From Spirochaetia bacterium (GTDB lineage: Bacteria; Spirochaetota; Spirochaetia; SZUA-6; Bin103), in NCBI GenBank assembly GCA_965203055.1, contig OZ241863.1:896001-960000 (forward strand): DNA of 64,000 nucleotides, given 5' to 3'. A program made the translations under genes and the position numbers. Below are positions 29,429-39,138 of the stretch, piece by piece. The notes beneath the pieces are model-generated. The model was not told the origin of the DNA and did no database searches. It worked only from the letters and a program-made list of their open reading frames with translations. Each line of letters starts with the position of its first letter. The first letter of the stretch is position 1.

Positions 29429-32132
29429 CGCGTCCAGCTCCCGGCATGATGCGCCGGTATCGTACCCGGAACGCATCGCGGCCGCCCTCCATCACCCGGC
29501 AGATCTCGTCTCTGACCGTGCGCTCCTGGAGACCGCCGGAACAGACCGAAAACGACTCACCCTTGCGCGTATCGAGCGACATCACCAGCTCCGCGTCCCC
29601 GTGTACCACGATGTTGGGATTGTGGGTGACGACGACGATCTGCCGCCGCGTCTTTTGTTCGCGCAGCCGGCGCACGAGCAGTTCGTAGATGAGGGTGCTG
29701 TCCAGGTCGTCTTCCGGCTGGTCCAATATGATCGGTTCGACGCCGTAGCCCAGCACGAAGGCGAGCAAGGCAGCGGTCTGCTGGCCGGGAGATCCATGCG
29801 CCAGGGGTTTCCACGGTTTCCGGGGTTGGCGTTGATCGCGAAAGCTCACCGCTACGGCGTCTTCCGGATCGTACAGCGCCAGCCGGTCCAGGCGTTCCGG
29901 CTGGAGACGCTTCAGCGCCCGTTCGAACCTTGCATCCTGCGCGTCCCATGAACCGGAGCCCGCGACGACTGCGTGTAACTTGCCGAGTGTCCGGTCAAGT
30001 GCGCGCCACGTCCATGCACGCTGGGGCTGGGGATCGATCCGCTTCGCCAGCGCCCGGTGATCCTGATCGAAGTGCGCGATGCCCATGGTGGTGCGCAGAA
30101 ACGCCGGCAGGGAGCTCCGGTCGCCGTCAGCATCGATCGAGATACGGACCAGGTCGCTTGACGTCTCACCTGCGAATCGCTGTCTCCTGCCGCTCAAGTC
30201 GGCCCGTACGGCGCGGTACTGCTCAAGGACGGATGCGGCATCCACTTCACGTTCCTGCGCCTCGGCTTGTTGCTGCTCAAGGCGCTCTATCTCCCGTTGC
30301 AGCGCGGCCTGCTGATCGAGAAGGTCACGGTACTCGGCAGGACTGGAAATCCCCGCTCCGCTGAGCTCTGAGCTGATCAGCCGGTATTCCTCCGCGTTCG
30401 CCGCCAGGGCCCGTTGCCAGGAGTGATCGGGATCGTCGTCCAGATTCCCGATTCGTCGGCTGGCGCTCGCGGTGGCCTCGCGCACGGCATCGGTCAGCGA
30501 GCGGACGATCCGCGCCAGTTCGTCGTGCGCGCTCCGCAGGGCGGCGCCGGCAGGATCCGCCCCGGTCTCGATCTCCTGATCCAGGTCCGCAACCGTGACG
30601 GCTGCCGCTGCGCGATCGATCTCGTCGATGCCATCCACGACGTTTTTCTGAATCGACTGCCACGCCGCGTCGTACCGCCGGAAGGTCCGGTATCGTTTGA
30701 GCGCGGCTTCGTGTTCACCGGTCTGCAGCACGCTGAGCTTTCGCCGTACGTCGGATAGCGCGGCGTTACGGGGGGGAAGGTCAGCCGCCGCCGCGCGCAG
30801 CGCACGCGCTTCGGCGCGCAGTGCCAGGTAGCGCGCGGCCAGTTCCTTGCTCCGCCGGCGCAGGGCCGCTCCGTCGACGGCGCCGGTGTCGTCGATCACC
30901 GCAAGCAGCGCATCAGGATTACGAGCGATCTCGAAGAGTTGCTTCTGGCTGTAGATGCGGACGGGAAATCGTTCTCGAATGTCGCCATCCTCCGGAATGA
31001 GCGCGCCGCCGTCGCAGCGCGAGATCGCCGGCGCCGTGCCGTCGCGACTCCAGGCCAGCTCGAAGCGCGCGCCATCTTTTCGGTAGATGAGTCTGATGGT
31101 CGTAGCGTCCGTCAGAAGCCCTTCATCGCCGCGTGCGCGAGGCACCTGGAGGCGTTGTCGAAATGCGCGCTGCAGCTCGTCGTGACGGTCGAGCTCGGCC
31201 TCGCGGCGCAGCGCCGTTCGACAGAAATCGACGAGCGTGGACTTGCCGGTGCCTCGTCCTCCTATGATCGTGTTGAACCAGGGGTTGAACGGGACCTGCA
31301 ACGGCTGCGATCGTCCCAGGTACCGGGCCTTGTGGACGATGATGCTCTCGATTGCCGATGCCGCATGAAGATTGGGATCGCCGGTGGTTCCTGCCGCTGC
31401 GGGCCGGACCGAGTCAGCGCCGTCGAGCAGCGCCAGGCGAAGACCTTCGGCGTCCGGTCTGGTCATTTTGATCCAGGTACCGCGGCGCCCGAACTGATCG
31501 AGGCGGTGGCTGTCGGAGCTCCAGAGCCGCGGGATGCTGCGTCCGATCTCGGGTTTGCGGCCGTCGATCCACGATTCGTCGAACGGGACGTCAGGAACGA
31601 TTTCGACGGCCGCCAGAAGCGGATGACGCAACTCGGCGATGCGTTGCTGGCCGTCGTGCTCGAGCAAGCCGCCCGGCTGGTTGACGTGCGCGCCGATCAC
31701 GAGCGCGTCGGCCGGGCACGCGGCGAGAATCTGTTCGACGCTGAGCGGAGATCGAGCGTCCTCCCGGCCCCGTCCATCTACGGGGATCTCGATGCGGGAC
31801 AGAAAGTCCTCGACGTGCTGCCGGGTGCGAGTCGGGTCCATCAGCATCAGCAGGTGCACACCGTCGTTCGCCGTGACCTCGGCGCCGGGAAAGAGAACCG
31901 GGCTACCTTCTACCATGGCCGCAGCTTGCTGCAGCGGCGCTATGCCCGCCGCGGTGTTGTGGTCCGTGACGGCCACGGCGTGGAGGCCGGCGTCGCGGGC
32001 CGCGGCCACCCACGCCTCCCAGTCCGGATGTGCGCGCTCATCTCTGCTGCCGAAGTCATAGGACGCCGGCGTATGCGCGTGGAGGTCGACGCGCCACCAG
32101 CGCGAACCCGGCCCTTGCCATGATGCGGTCAC
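29415..32132 (-). CDS. PHP phosphoesterase fused to an SMC/ABC-type ATPase (Ppl/TrlF-like)
   Basis: VDLHAHTPAS, AVTDHN, SSDSH; GGRGTGKST, coiled coil, SPGQQ, IILDQPEDDLD and VTHN. Confidence 0.88.
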   Translation of the reverse strand: MTASWQGPGSRWWRVDLHAHTPASYDFGSRDERAHPDWEAWVAAARDAGLHAVAVTDHNTAAGIAPLQQAAAMVEGSPVLFPGAEVTANDGVHLLMLMDPTRTRQHVEDFLSRIEIPVDGRGREDARSPLSVEQILAACPADALVIGAHVNQPGGLLEHDGQQRIAELRHPLLAAVEIVPDVPFDESWIDGRKPEIGRSIPRLWSSDSHRLDQFGRRGTWIKMTRPDAEGLRLALLDGADSVRPAAAGTTGDPNLHAASAIESIIVHKARYLGRSQPLQVPFNPWFNTIIGGRGTGKSTLVDFCRTALRREAELDRHDELQRAFRQRLQVPRARGDEGLLTDATTIRLIYRKDGARFELAWSRDGTAPAISRCDGGALIPEDGDIRERFPVRIYSQKQLFEIARNPDALLAVIDDTGAVDGAALRRRSKELAARYLALRAEARALRAAAADLPPRNAALSDVRRKLSVLQTGEHEAALKRYRTFRRYDAAWQSIQKNVVDGIDEIDRAAAAVTVADLDQEIETGADPAGAALRSAHDELARIVRSLTDAVREATASASRRIGNLDDDPDHSWQRALAANAEEYRLISSELSGAGISSPAEYRDLLDQQAALQREIERLEQQQAEAQEREVDAASVLEQYRAVRADLSGRRQRFAGETSSDLVRISIDADGDRSSLPAFLRTTMGIAHFDQDHRALAKRIDPQPQRAWTWRALDRTLGKLHAVVAGSGSWDAQDARFERALKRLQPERLDRLALYDPEDAVAVSFRDQRQPRKPWKPLAHGSPGQQTAALLAFVLGYGVEPIILDQPEDDLDSTLIYELLVRRLREQKTRRQIVVVTHNPNIVVHGDAELVMSLDTRKGESFSVCSGGLQERTVRDEICRVMEGGRDAFRVRYRRIMPGAGRDDRH

Positions 32133-32276
32133 GGTTGGTTCTTCATCGGATCGTGCCCAGCCTCGGCTCCATGATAGCCGGCCGCGCAGGGCTAAGCTAC
32201 CGGATGGTCACCGGCGCCGCGGACCGGGGGCTGGACGGTGTACCGCGGCGGGCTTCTCCGATATATTGCGGCTGAC

Positions 32277-32735
32277 ATGTTGCAGACAGGCGATCCCGCT
32301 CCCGACTTCTCCCTCAGCGATCAGGATGGCGCCATCCACACCCTCGCCGACTACCGCGGCCGCAAGCTGTTGATCTACTTCTATCCGCGCGCCGACACTC
32401 CCGGCTGCACCCGGCAGTCGTGCGCGGTGCGCGACGCGAGCAGCGAGTTGGAGGGCCGCAGCGTGGCGGCGGTGGGCATCAGCCCGGACACGCCGCAGGC
32501 GCAGAAGAAGTTCGACGACAAATTCGAGCTGGGCTTTCCGCTGCTCGCCGACGCCGGCCATCAGGTCGCCGAAGCGTACGGTGTGTGGGGCGAGCGCAAG
32601 CGCTACGGGCGCACCTACCTGGGGATCAACCGCTCGTCGTTCCTGGTGGATGAGGCCGGCAACCTGGAGGCGGTGTGGTACGGGGTGAAGCCGGAGGCGA
32701 CCGTGCCCAACGTCCTGGCGCAGGTGGGCGGCTGA
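32277..32735 (+). CDS. bcp: Thioredoxin-dependent thiol peroxidase (Bcp/PrxQ)
   Basis: YFYPRADTPGCTRQSC and RSSFLVDE. Confidence 0.92.
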   Translation: MLQTGDPAPDFSLSDQDGAIHTLADYRGRKLLIYFYPRADTPGCTRQSCAVRDASSELEGRSVAAVGISPDTPQAQKKFDDKFELGFPLLADAGHQVAEAYGVWGERKRYGRTYLGINRSSFLVDEAGNLEAVWYGVKPEATVPNVLAQVGG

Positions 32736-32768
32736 CCCTGGCCGCTTTGGCGCCGGCCGGTTGGCCGG

Positions 32769-33146
32769 TCAGCGCTCGCCGGCGATGAGTGGCCGCTGGT
32801 TTCCGCCGGCGGCGTCCATCAGATAGAGCTCCACCGCGCCGTTGCGGTCCGAGCTGAACACGATGGCGGCGCCGTCCGGCGACCAGCTCGGGAAGAAGTC
32901 CTGGTTGTCGTTGTCGGTGAGTTGGCGCGCGTCGGTTCCGTCGGCGTTGACGACGTAGATCTCCAGGTCGCCGTCATGGTTGGCGGCGTACAGGATCGTG
33001 GAGCCATCTGGCGAGAAGGAAGCGTCGGTCGAGGCCGGCTGCTGCGCTGCCTGACCGGTCGGCAGGCGCGGAAAGCAGCCGGCCAGAACCGCCGCGGCGA
33101 GTCCAAGCAGGAGGCAGCGCAAGAACCGTCCGGCCACGATGGTCAC
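32769..33146 (-). CDS. Short lipoprotein with two TolB-like PD40 repeats
   Basis: Lipobox VLAGC; FSPDG..DGDLEIY and PSWSPDG..SDRNG; start uncertain. Confidence 0.7.
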   Translation of the reverse strand: MTIVAGRFLRCLLLGLAAAVLAGCFPRLPTGQAAQQPASTDASFSPDGSTILYAANHDGDLEIYVVNADGTDARQLTDNDNQDFFPSWSPDGAAIVFSSDRNGAVELYLMDAAGGNQRPLIAGER

Positions 33147-33210
33147 CGCGCCAGGCTGCCCGTTCGACCGCGGAGGTGCCAGCATCGGGGTATCGGCAGG
33201 CCGGTGCCTG

Positions 33211-33747
33211 CTACCGGGTCATCTCCGGCATGTCCGAGATTATGCCGCAGGCGATGCGGCCGCCCGCGCCGCCGATGGGTTGGGTCCGGTGGTCGTCCGG
33301 CAATTCATGGATGATCACCGCCGAACCGTCCGCGTCCAGCAGCGCCGGCAGGTCCCTGGCGCCGGCGAGCGAGACGCGCGTGGTGAAGAACTCGGCCAGC
33401 GCGGTGCCGTCGGCCGCCACGTACAGGTTGGGCAGGTCGCCGGCGTCCGGTCCATCGGGACTGCGCAGGCCGTGCGCCTTTCCGTGAGGGTTGATGTGGC
33501 CGCCGGCCGCCGTGAAGTCGGGAGCGCAGGCGCCAACGGCATGCAGGTGGATGCCGTGGGGGCCGGGCGGCAGGCCGTCGGCCGCGACGTAGATGAGCAC
33601 ACCAGAGGGCGTCTGCTCGAAATCGACCCGTCCGATGATTGCTCCGGCGGCGTCGATCAGGTCGGCCTCGGCTACGTCAGCCAAGGCCGCGGCGGGAGCG
33701 ATGACGATGGCCGCGATCGCCGCGGCTGCGCATGCAAGCGTCTTCAT
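33211..33747 (-). CDS. sodC: Cu/Zn superoxide dismutase family protein, exported
   Basis: HGIHLH, AGGHINP, GDLPNL, IIHELPDD and GGAGGRIACG. Confidence 0.88.
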   Translation of the reverse strand: MKTLACAAAAIAAIVIAPAAALADVAEADLIDAAGAIIGRVDFEQTPSGVLIYVAADGLPPGPHGIHLHAVGACAPDFTAAGGHINPHGKAHGLRSPDGPDAGDLPNLYVAADGTALAEFFTTRVSLAGARDLPALLDADGSAVIIHELPDDHRTQPIGGAGGRIACGIISDMPEMTR

Positions 33748-33763
33748 ACGGATTCCTCCTGCC

Positions 33764-34264
33764 CTAGGGGAGCAACCATTCCATCACCCGCTGAAGAACC
33801 GGAATCAATACCGTAGCGCCGACCATGACGGCCAGGATCCAGCGGGTCTGCGTAGTAATTTCCTTGCGCACCTCGCCGATTTCCTTGCGTACGTCGGTGA
33901 TTTCCTTGGTGAATTCTCTGCGCAGATCGGCGATTTCGCCGGTGAATTCCTTGCGTAGATTGGCTGTCTCGTTGCGTACGCCGGCGATTTCGCCGGTGAA
34001 TTCCTTGCGCAGATCGGCGATTTCCTTGCTGACATCTGCGCGCAGGGCGCCCATCTGACGTTGGAGTTCCAGAAAGCCGGCCTGCATTTCGCTGCGCAGG
34101 CGGCCCTCGCTCTCCGCCACGTGGCGCAGGAACCGATCCTCGACCGACTGCAACAGCAGTTGTCTCTGGCCGTTTTGAGCCTCGTGCAGCAGGTCGATCA
34201 GCGCTGCGCTGGCGTCGTCCCCGAGCTTGTCCCGCAACAGAGGTGGTACCGTGAGCTTCGCCAC
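33764..34264 (-). CDS. Coiled-coil repeat protein with C-terminal TM helix (DUF1640/Bdr-like)
   Basis: LRKEFTGEIA repeats, TQTRWIL plus hydrophobic tail. Confidence 0.7.
   Translation of the reverse strand: MAKLTVPPLLRDKLGDDASAALIDLLHEAQNGQRQLLLQSVEDRFLRHVAESEGRLRSEMQAGFLELQRQMGALRADVSKEIADLRKEFTGEIAGVRNETANLRKEFTGEIADLRREFTKEITDVRKEIGEVRKEITTQTRWILAVMVGATVLIPVLQRVMEWLLP
33929..34009. repeat. 27-bp direct repeat with 54-bp period inside the coiled-coil gene
   Basis: GGCGATTTCGCCGGTGAATTCCTTGCG at 33929 and 33983. Confidence 0.8.
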
Positions 34265-34347
34265 TGTTCGCCGAGCATACCGCGTGGTACGGAATCCGTC
34301 TACCTGCTTGGCGGAAGGGAAGGAACTGACACTGCGAAGGCGCCAAG

Positions 34348-35622
34348 CTAAGGCCAGGTGGATTCGGGGTCGTGGAGCCAGCGCCAGACCGGGAGCAGGC
34401 GAATGCGGCCCCGGTTGCCGTACCACTCCACCTCCTCATCGGAATCGGTGTCGGCGGTGAGCACCAGCAGCCGGTCGCAGGCAAGGTCGCGGCCGGCCTG
34501 AAGCAGGGCGCGGAGCTCGCGCTGCCGCGTGCGTTCCCCGCTAAGGTCCCAACAGACCTGGATGAGCTGCGTCACCTGCCGGCCCTCCTTGACCACGAAG
34601 TCAACCTCCCGTTGGCGGGCATCCTTCCAGAAGAACAGCTCGCATGCGCCGTCGAGCGCCCGCTTGCGGAGCGCGACGGCGACCAGGTTCTCGACCATTC
34701 TGCCGGTGTCCGGGCTAAACCGCACGCCGCGGGCACTCACCAGACCGTTGTCGATGCAATAGATCTTGCGGTTGGCCGCGGCCTGTTGCCGGGCCTTGAA
34801 GGAGAAGCGGGGCAGCGAAAAGAACAGGAATGCCTCCTCCAGGTGGCCGATGTACTTTGCCACCGTGTGGACGCTCTTGCAGCGGGTGACGGCGGTCAGG
34901 CGGTTCAGGGAGTACTCACGCGCGACGTTGGCGAGCAGGTAGCCGGCTAGGTCGTCGATGCCCGCCACCGAGCGAATGCGGCGCCGGCGCACGATGTCCT
35001 TGTAGAGGACGGCGTCCCACAGGGTCCGCAGGTAGTAGTCGCGGTCCACGTCGCGCAGCAGCGGCTCCGGGTAGCCGCCGCCGGCGGCGTAGCGGCGAAA
35101 CGCTTCCATCAGCTCCGGCCCGGTGCGGGTGGCCGGGAAGGCGCGCAGCGCTTCGGCGAACGAGAACGGAAACAGGACCAGGGGGAGATGGCGCCCGGTC
35201 AGGTGGGTCGCCAGCTCACTGCTCAGCAGGTGGGCGTTGCTCCCGGTGAGCAGCAACCGGAATCCCTGCCGTTGCAGCCGATTCACGAACAGCTCCCAAC
35301 GCGGCAGGTTCTGGATTTCATCCAGCAGCAGATGGCGTGGATTGCCGTATACCGCGTTGACCGCGGCGATGAGGCGGTCGTAGTCGGTCACGCCAACCAG
35401 CCGCTCGTCGTCGAAGTTGAGATACCCACGAGACTCTACCTGTCCCAGCAAGTGCATTGCCAGAAATGATTTTCCGCAGCGGCGGGGACCCATGATGACC
35501 GTGATCAACGGGTCGTCGCGGAGCGGCCGCGCGAGCTGGCGCGGGACGTACCGCTCGCCCAGGCGCGCGCGCAGTTCGCGGCGTTGCGTCTCGACCGCGT
35601 CGTGGAGCATCGAACCCTGCAT
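34348..35622 (-). CDS. AAA_14 ATPase with C-terminal DUF4143
   Basis: GPRRCGKS, LLDEIQ, LTGSN, KIYCIDNG, ENLV and EVDFV..LIQV. Confidence 0.88.
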   Translation of the reverse strand: MQGSMLHDAVETQRRELRARLGERYVPRQLARPLRDDPLITVIMGPRRCGKSFLAMHLLGQVESRGYLNFDDERLVGVTDYDRLIAAVNAVYGNPRHLLLDEIQNLPRWELFVNRLQRQGFRLLLTGSNAHLLSSELATHLTGRHLPLVLFPFSFAEALRAFPATRTGPELMEAFRRYAAGGGYPEPLLRDVDRDYYLRTLWDAVLYKDIVRRRRIRSVAGIDDLAGYLLANVAREYSLNRLTAVTRCKSVHTVAKYIGHLEEAFLFFSLPRFSFKARQQAAANRKIYCIDNGLVSARGVRFSPDTGRMVENLVAVALRKRALDGACELFFWKDARQREVDFVVKEGRQVTQLIQVCWDLSGERTRQRELRALLQAGRDLACDRLLVLTADTDSDEEVEWYGNRGRIRLLPVWRWLHDPESTWP

Positions 35623-35638
35623 GAGTGTGCCTTCGATA

Positions 35639-35680
35639 CATCATAATGCACGAAACTTGCAACTTTCGTGCGTTACGATG
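35639..35680. promoter_or_regulatory. 42-bp imperfect palindrome upstream of the AAA_14/DUF4143 gene
   Basis: CATCaTAAtGCACGAAAcTTGCAAcTTTCGTGCgTTAcGATG. Confidence 0.65.
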
Positions 35681-35742
35681 CGACGGCCGCCACCGCCGGA
35701 CGCCGCAGTTCTCCGTACCCTGCGCAGTCAGGGCAGGGCCGC

Positions 35743-36645
35743 TCATCCGGCCACCAGAGTGGAGTAGGCGACGGTGATCTCCTGGCAGCGCCGGAGGCCG
35801 CGCGGGTTGACGTCGGGGTGGAACCGCTTCATCAGTTGCTTGTAGCGGGACTTCAGCCGCTCCGGGGTGAGCGGTCCCGGTTCGAGTCCCAGGGCCTCGC
35901 GCGCCTGATCGGCGGCTGAAGGGGCGGCATTGCCGCCTTCGCCGCCGTCAAGGCGGGCGCGCCGGGCGCGGCGCCGCGTATCGTCGGCGTAGCCCGCGCT
36001 GGCGGCGGCCGCGAGGAACGCCCCGCGCAGCGCGCCGAAGAGGTTCTCCGCGCGCAGCACGTGCTTCGAAAACAGGAAGCGGAGGACGCCTTCGGCGTTG
36101 CGCAACGCCAGCCCCGGAATGGTGAACTCCCGTCCGGCGCAGTAGCGGCGGGCGGCGCGCCGCCGGAGGGCCTCCAGGTCGAAGTAGTGCTCGAGGTATA
36201 CCCGGCGCGCGTGCGCGGCGCTGCCGAACGTGCGCAGCATGGCGGTGAACTCGTCGGCCCGGAACCGGTGCGCGCCAACCTCGTTGGCGGCGGCGCCCAG
36301 AAACTGCGCGGTGAGTTCCGCCTGCTGGTCACGGGAGAAGAAGATGCCGGCCCGTTCCAGAGCGGACTCGGTCCCGGCTCCGCAGAGATGTTCCAGCAGG
36401 TTGACCAGCGGGAGAATCGACGCCTGCGAAAATGATTCGGCGGCCAGGGCCAGCGAGATCAACGGATGGCCCGCCATCTGCGCGCCGTAGATGGCCCGGT
36501 AGTACTGCTCCGGGGTCAGGCCAAGGAGCCGCTGCAGGTCCGCCGGCGCCAACTGCCAGGCGCGCCCGGCGGCGTCCTGCCGCCCGATTTCGGCAATCAG
36601 TCCGGTCAGTCCGGCTGCAAGCGCCGTGCGCGCCGACCGGCTCAC
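35743..36645 (-). CDS. Protein with C-terminal J-domain
   Basis: ALGL..LKSRYKQLMKRFHPDVNP...ITVAY; GTG start overlaps the stop of the upstream gene. Confidence 0.75.
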   Translation of the reverse strand: MSRSARTALAAGLTGLIAEIGRQDAAGRAWQLAPADLQRLLGLTPEQYYRAIYGAQMAGHPLISLALAAESFSQASILPLVNLLEHLCGAGTESALERAGIFFSRDQQAELTAQFLGAAANEVGAHRFRADEFTAMLRTFGSAAHARRVYLEHYFDLEALRRRAARRYCAGREFTIPGLALRNAEGVLRFLFSKHVLRAENLFGALRGAFLAAAASAGYADDTRRRARRARLDGGEGGNAAPSAADQAREALGLEPGPLTPERLKSRYKQLMKRFHPDVNPRGLRRCQEITVAYSTLVAG

Positions 36646-37910
36646 AGCGCGGCCAGCAGCTTGGAGCCGAACTCCGGCGGATCGCTGTGCTCGATTACCA
36701 AGTCGCCGGCGTCGTGGAAGCGCAGGAAGTCGCGCATGCCGCGCGCGACCGCGGTGACCAGCCGGGCGCCGGGTTTGACGCCCGGCTCCAGGTACAGATG
36801 CTTGAGCCGCAGCCGCCCCGCGGCCCGTTCCAGCTTGGGATCCAACCGCCCTACCAGCCGGTCGCGATGCAGGATCGGCAGGCAGAAGTAGCCCCACTCC
36901 CGCGCCGGTTGCGGTTTGTAGCACTCCAGCACCTGCCGGAACCCCCACCAGCTCAGAACCCGGTCCCTGACCCAGAACAGGTTGTCGAACGGACTGAGAA
37001 AGGTGGTCCGGCGCGGCTGCAGCGCGCCGTCCGCGGCCTGCTGCAGCCGCGCCGCGTGGTCGCGGTGCACCACCAACCGGTGCGCCTCGCCGTCGGCCAA
37101 CCGCGCCGTCACGGCCACGGCGCGGCCCTCGGCCAGTAGCCGGTCGATGCACCGCCTCGACTCGGCCCGCGGCAGGTAGAAGTAGTCGCCGACCTGGTGG
37201 GGAGCGCAGATCCCGAGCGCCTGCAGGGAGATCTCCAGCAGCGCCCGCCTGGCCTCCTCCGCGTCCGGCGCGCGGCGGTCGACCCACGCCGGCAGCACCC
37301 GCTCGCGGAGGTCGTAGACGCGCTGGAAGTTGACCCGGTTGCGAATGGCCAGCTCGCCGGTGTCGTACAGATGCTCCAGGGCGATCTTGGCGGCGTCCCA
37401 GTTCCACCAGGTGCCCGGCGGCTTCTTCTCGCTGCGTACGTCGGCCGGCCGGCACGGTCCGTCGGACTCGATCCGCGCCCGCACCGCCTGCAGCAGGCGG
37501 GCGTTGTCCGGGTCGCGCGCCCACCGGCGGTGCCAGCCGGCGCGGCCTTCCGCCCGCTGCCGCATCGTCGGCATCACTAGGCGGTAGTGGGCCAGCGGGA
37601 TGATGCAGGCCGCGTGCATCCAGTACTCGAACAACCTGCGGCCGTTGTCGGGTCCCGCGGCGCCGCCGGCGAACAGCAGGCGGTCGAGGTCGGCCGGGTC
37701 GTAGGCGCCGAGCCTGCTCCACAGGGTCAGGTACTGCGCTCGGCGCACCACCTGCAGGGTGTCGATCTGCACCCAGCCGAGGCGTTCGATGGCCGCGTAC
37801 ACGTCGTCGACTCCGGGCCGGGCGCGCGGCCGCGGCTCGCCCAACCCCTGGGCGTGCAGCGCGACGGCCCGCACCGCGGCCAGCGGATAGACGCCGGCCT
37901 GCCGGGTCAC
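36642..37910 (-). CDS. YcaQ/AlkZ (HTH_42) family crosslink-repair DNA glycosylase
   Basis: WVQIDTLQVVRRAQYLTLWSRLG, LFEYWMHAAC, FLSPFDNL and WGYFCLPIL. Confidence 0.9.
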   Translation of the reverse strand: MTRQAGVYPLAAVRAVALHAQGLGEPRPRARPGVDDVYAAIERLGWVQIDTLQVVRRAQYLTLWSRLGAYDPADLDRLLFAGGAAGPDNGRRLFEYWMHAACIIPLAHYRLVMPTMRQRAEGRAGWHRRWARDPDNARLLQAVRARIESDGPCRPADVRSEKKPPGTWWNWDAAKIALEHLYDTGELAIRNRVNFQRVYDLRERVLPAWVDRRAPDAEEARRALLEISLQALGICAPHQVGDYFYLPRAESRRCIDRLLAEGRAVAVTARLADGEAHRLVVHRDHAARLQQAADGALQPRRTTFLSPFDNLFWVRDRVLSWWGFRQVLECYKPQPAREWGYFCLPILHRDRLVGRLDPKLERAAGRLRLKHLYLEPGVKPGARLVTAVARGMRDFLRFHDAGDLVIEHSDPPEFGSKLLAAL

Positions 37911-38141
37911 GGCGCGCTGCTCCGCGGCCCGGCCGCCCGCCTGCCGGCTGCCCGCCGGCGGGCCGGGCGCGACCGCGGCCGGCACCGGATCGTTGCACGA
38001 CGCATCGCGGGCCAGAATAGCGCATCCGCGGCGGCCGCCGCGAGGAGCGCCGCCGCCGCGCACTCGGCGGAGCGGCCCGAACCGCGGGCCGGCCCGGCGC
38101 CGCGGTGGACACGGCGCCGGGCATTGCCCACTATCTGCGCG

Positions 38142-39137
38142 ATGACCCAGTACATCACGCGGCGGCTGTTCTACGTGGTGCTGTCGGCAGTCGCGCTGTC
38201 GATCGTCGCGTTCATCATCATCCAGCTTCCGCCGGGGGACTACGTCACGCAGTTCGTGTTTCAGATGGAGCAGCGCGGGCTGGTAGTGGACGAGGCGATG
38301 ATGCGCGCCCTGTACCAACGGTTCGCCTTCGATCGGCCCCTGCACGAGCAGTACCTCAGATGGATCGGGAACATCATCCTGCGCGGCGACTTCGGCGAAT
38401 CGATGGCGTTCAACGCGCCGGTGGCGGAGCTGATCGGGGAACGCATCGTGCTTTCCGTCACTATCTCCATCAGTACGCTCATCATCACCTACCTCATGGC
38501 TGCGCCGATCGGCATCTACTCGGCTACCCATCCCTATTCGGTGGGGGACTACGCGGCTACGGTGTTCGGGTTCATCGGTGTGGCGACGCCCAACTTCCTG
38601 CTGGCGCTGATCCTGATGTACCTGATGCACAGTCTGTTCGGGTGGAGTCCCGGCGGTCTGTTTTCGCGCGAATACCTGGCCGCTCCCTGGAGCTTCGGGC
38701 GGGTGATCGACCTGCTGAAGCACCTGCCGGTGCCGCTGATCGTGATCGGCACCGCCGGCACCGCCGGTTTGATCCGGGTCCTGCGCAGCTCCCTCGCCGA
38801 CGAGCTGGGCAGGCAATACGTCATCACCGCGCGCGCCAAGGGGGTGGGCGAGCGGCAGATCCTGTTCAAGTACCCGGTGCGCATCGCCATCAACCCGATC
38901 ATCAGCGACATCGCCTATCTGCTGCCGGCGATCGTCTCCGGCGAGGCGCTGGTGGCCATCGTGATGAATCTCCCCACCATCGGCCCGCTGCTGCTCGACG
39001 GACTGCGGCAACAGGACATGTTCCTGGCCAGCAGCGTGGTGCTGATGCTCGGCATGTTGGTCATGATAGGCACCCTGATATCCGACTTGATGCTGGTGGT
39101 CGTCGATCCCCGCATCCGCTTCGAGCGGAAGAACTGA
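38142..39137 (+). CDS. ABC transporter permease (DppB/OppB-like)
   Basis: IIQLPPGDY, YVITARAKG and VDPRIR; paralog of 26018..27013. Confidence 0.92.
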   Translation: MTQYITRRLFYVVLSAVALSIVAFIIIQLPPGDYVTQFVFQMEQRGLVVDEAMMRALYQRFAFDRPLHEQYLRWIGNIILRGDFGESMAFNAPVAELIGERIVLSVTISISTLIITYLMAAPIGIYSATHPYSVGDYAATVFGFIGVATPNFLLALILMYLMHSLFGWSPGGLFSREYLAAPWSFGRVIDLLKHLPVPLIVIGTAGTAGLIRVLRSSLADELGRQYVITARAKGVGERQILFKYPVRIAINPIISDIAYLLPAIVSGEALVAIVMNLPTIGPLLLDGLRQQDMFLASSVVLMLGMLVMIGTLISDLMLVVVDPRIRFERKN

Positions 39138-39138
39138 A

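Noticed and set aside
32277..33747. bcp plus sodC as a novel system
   Set aside because: Ordinary oxidative-stress genes on opposite strands; bcp has a normal Cys codon, so no selenocysteine recoding
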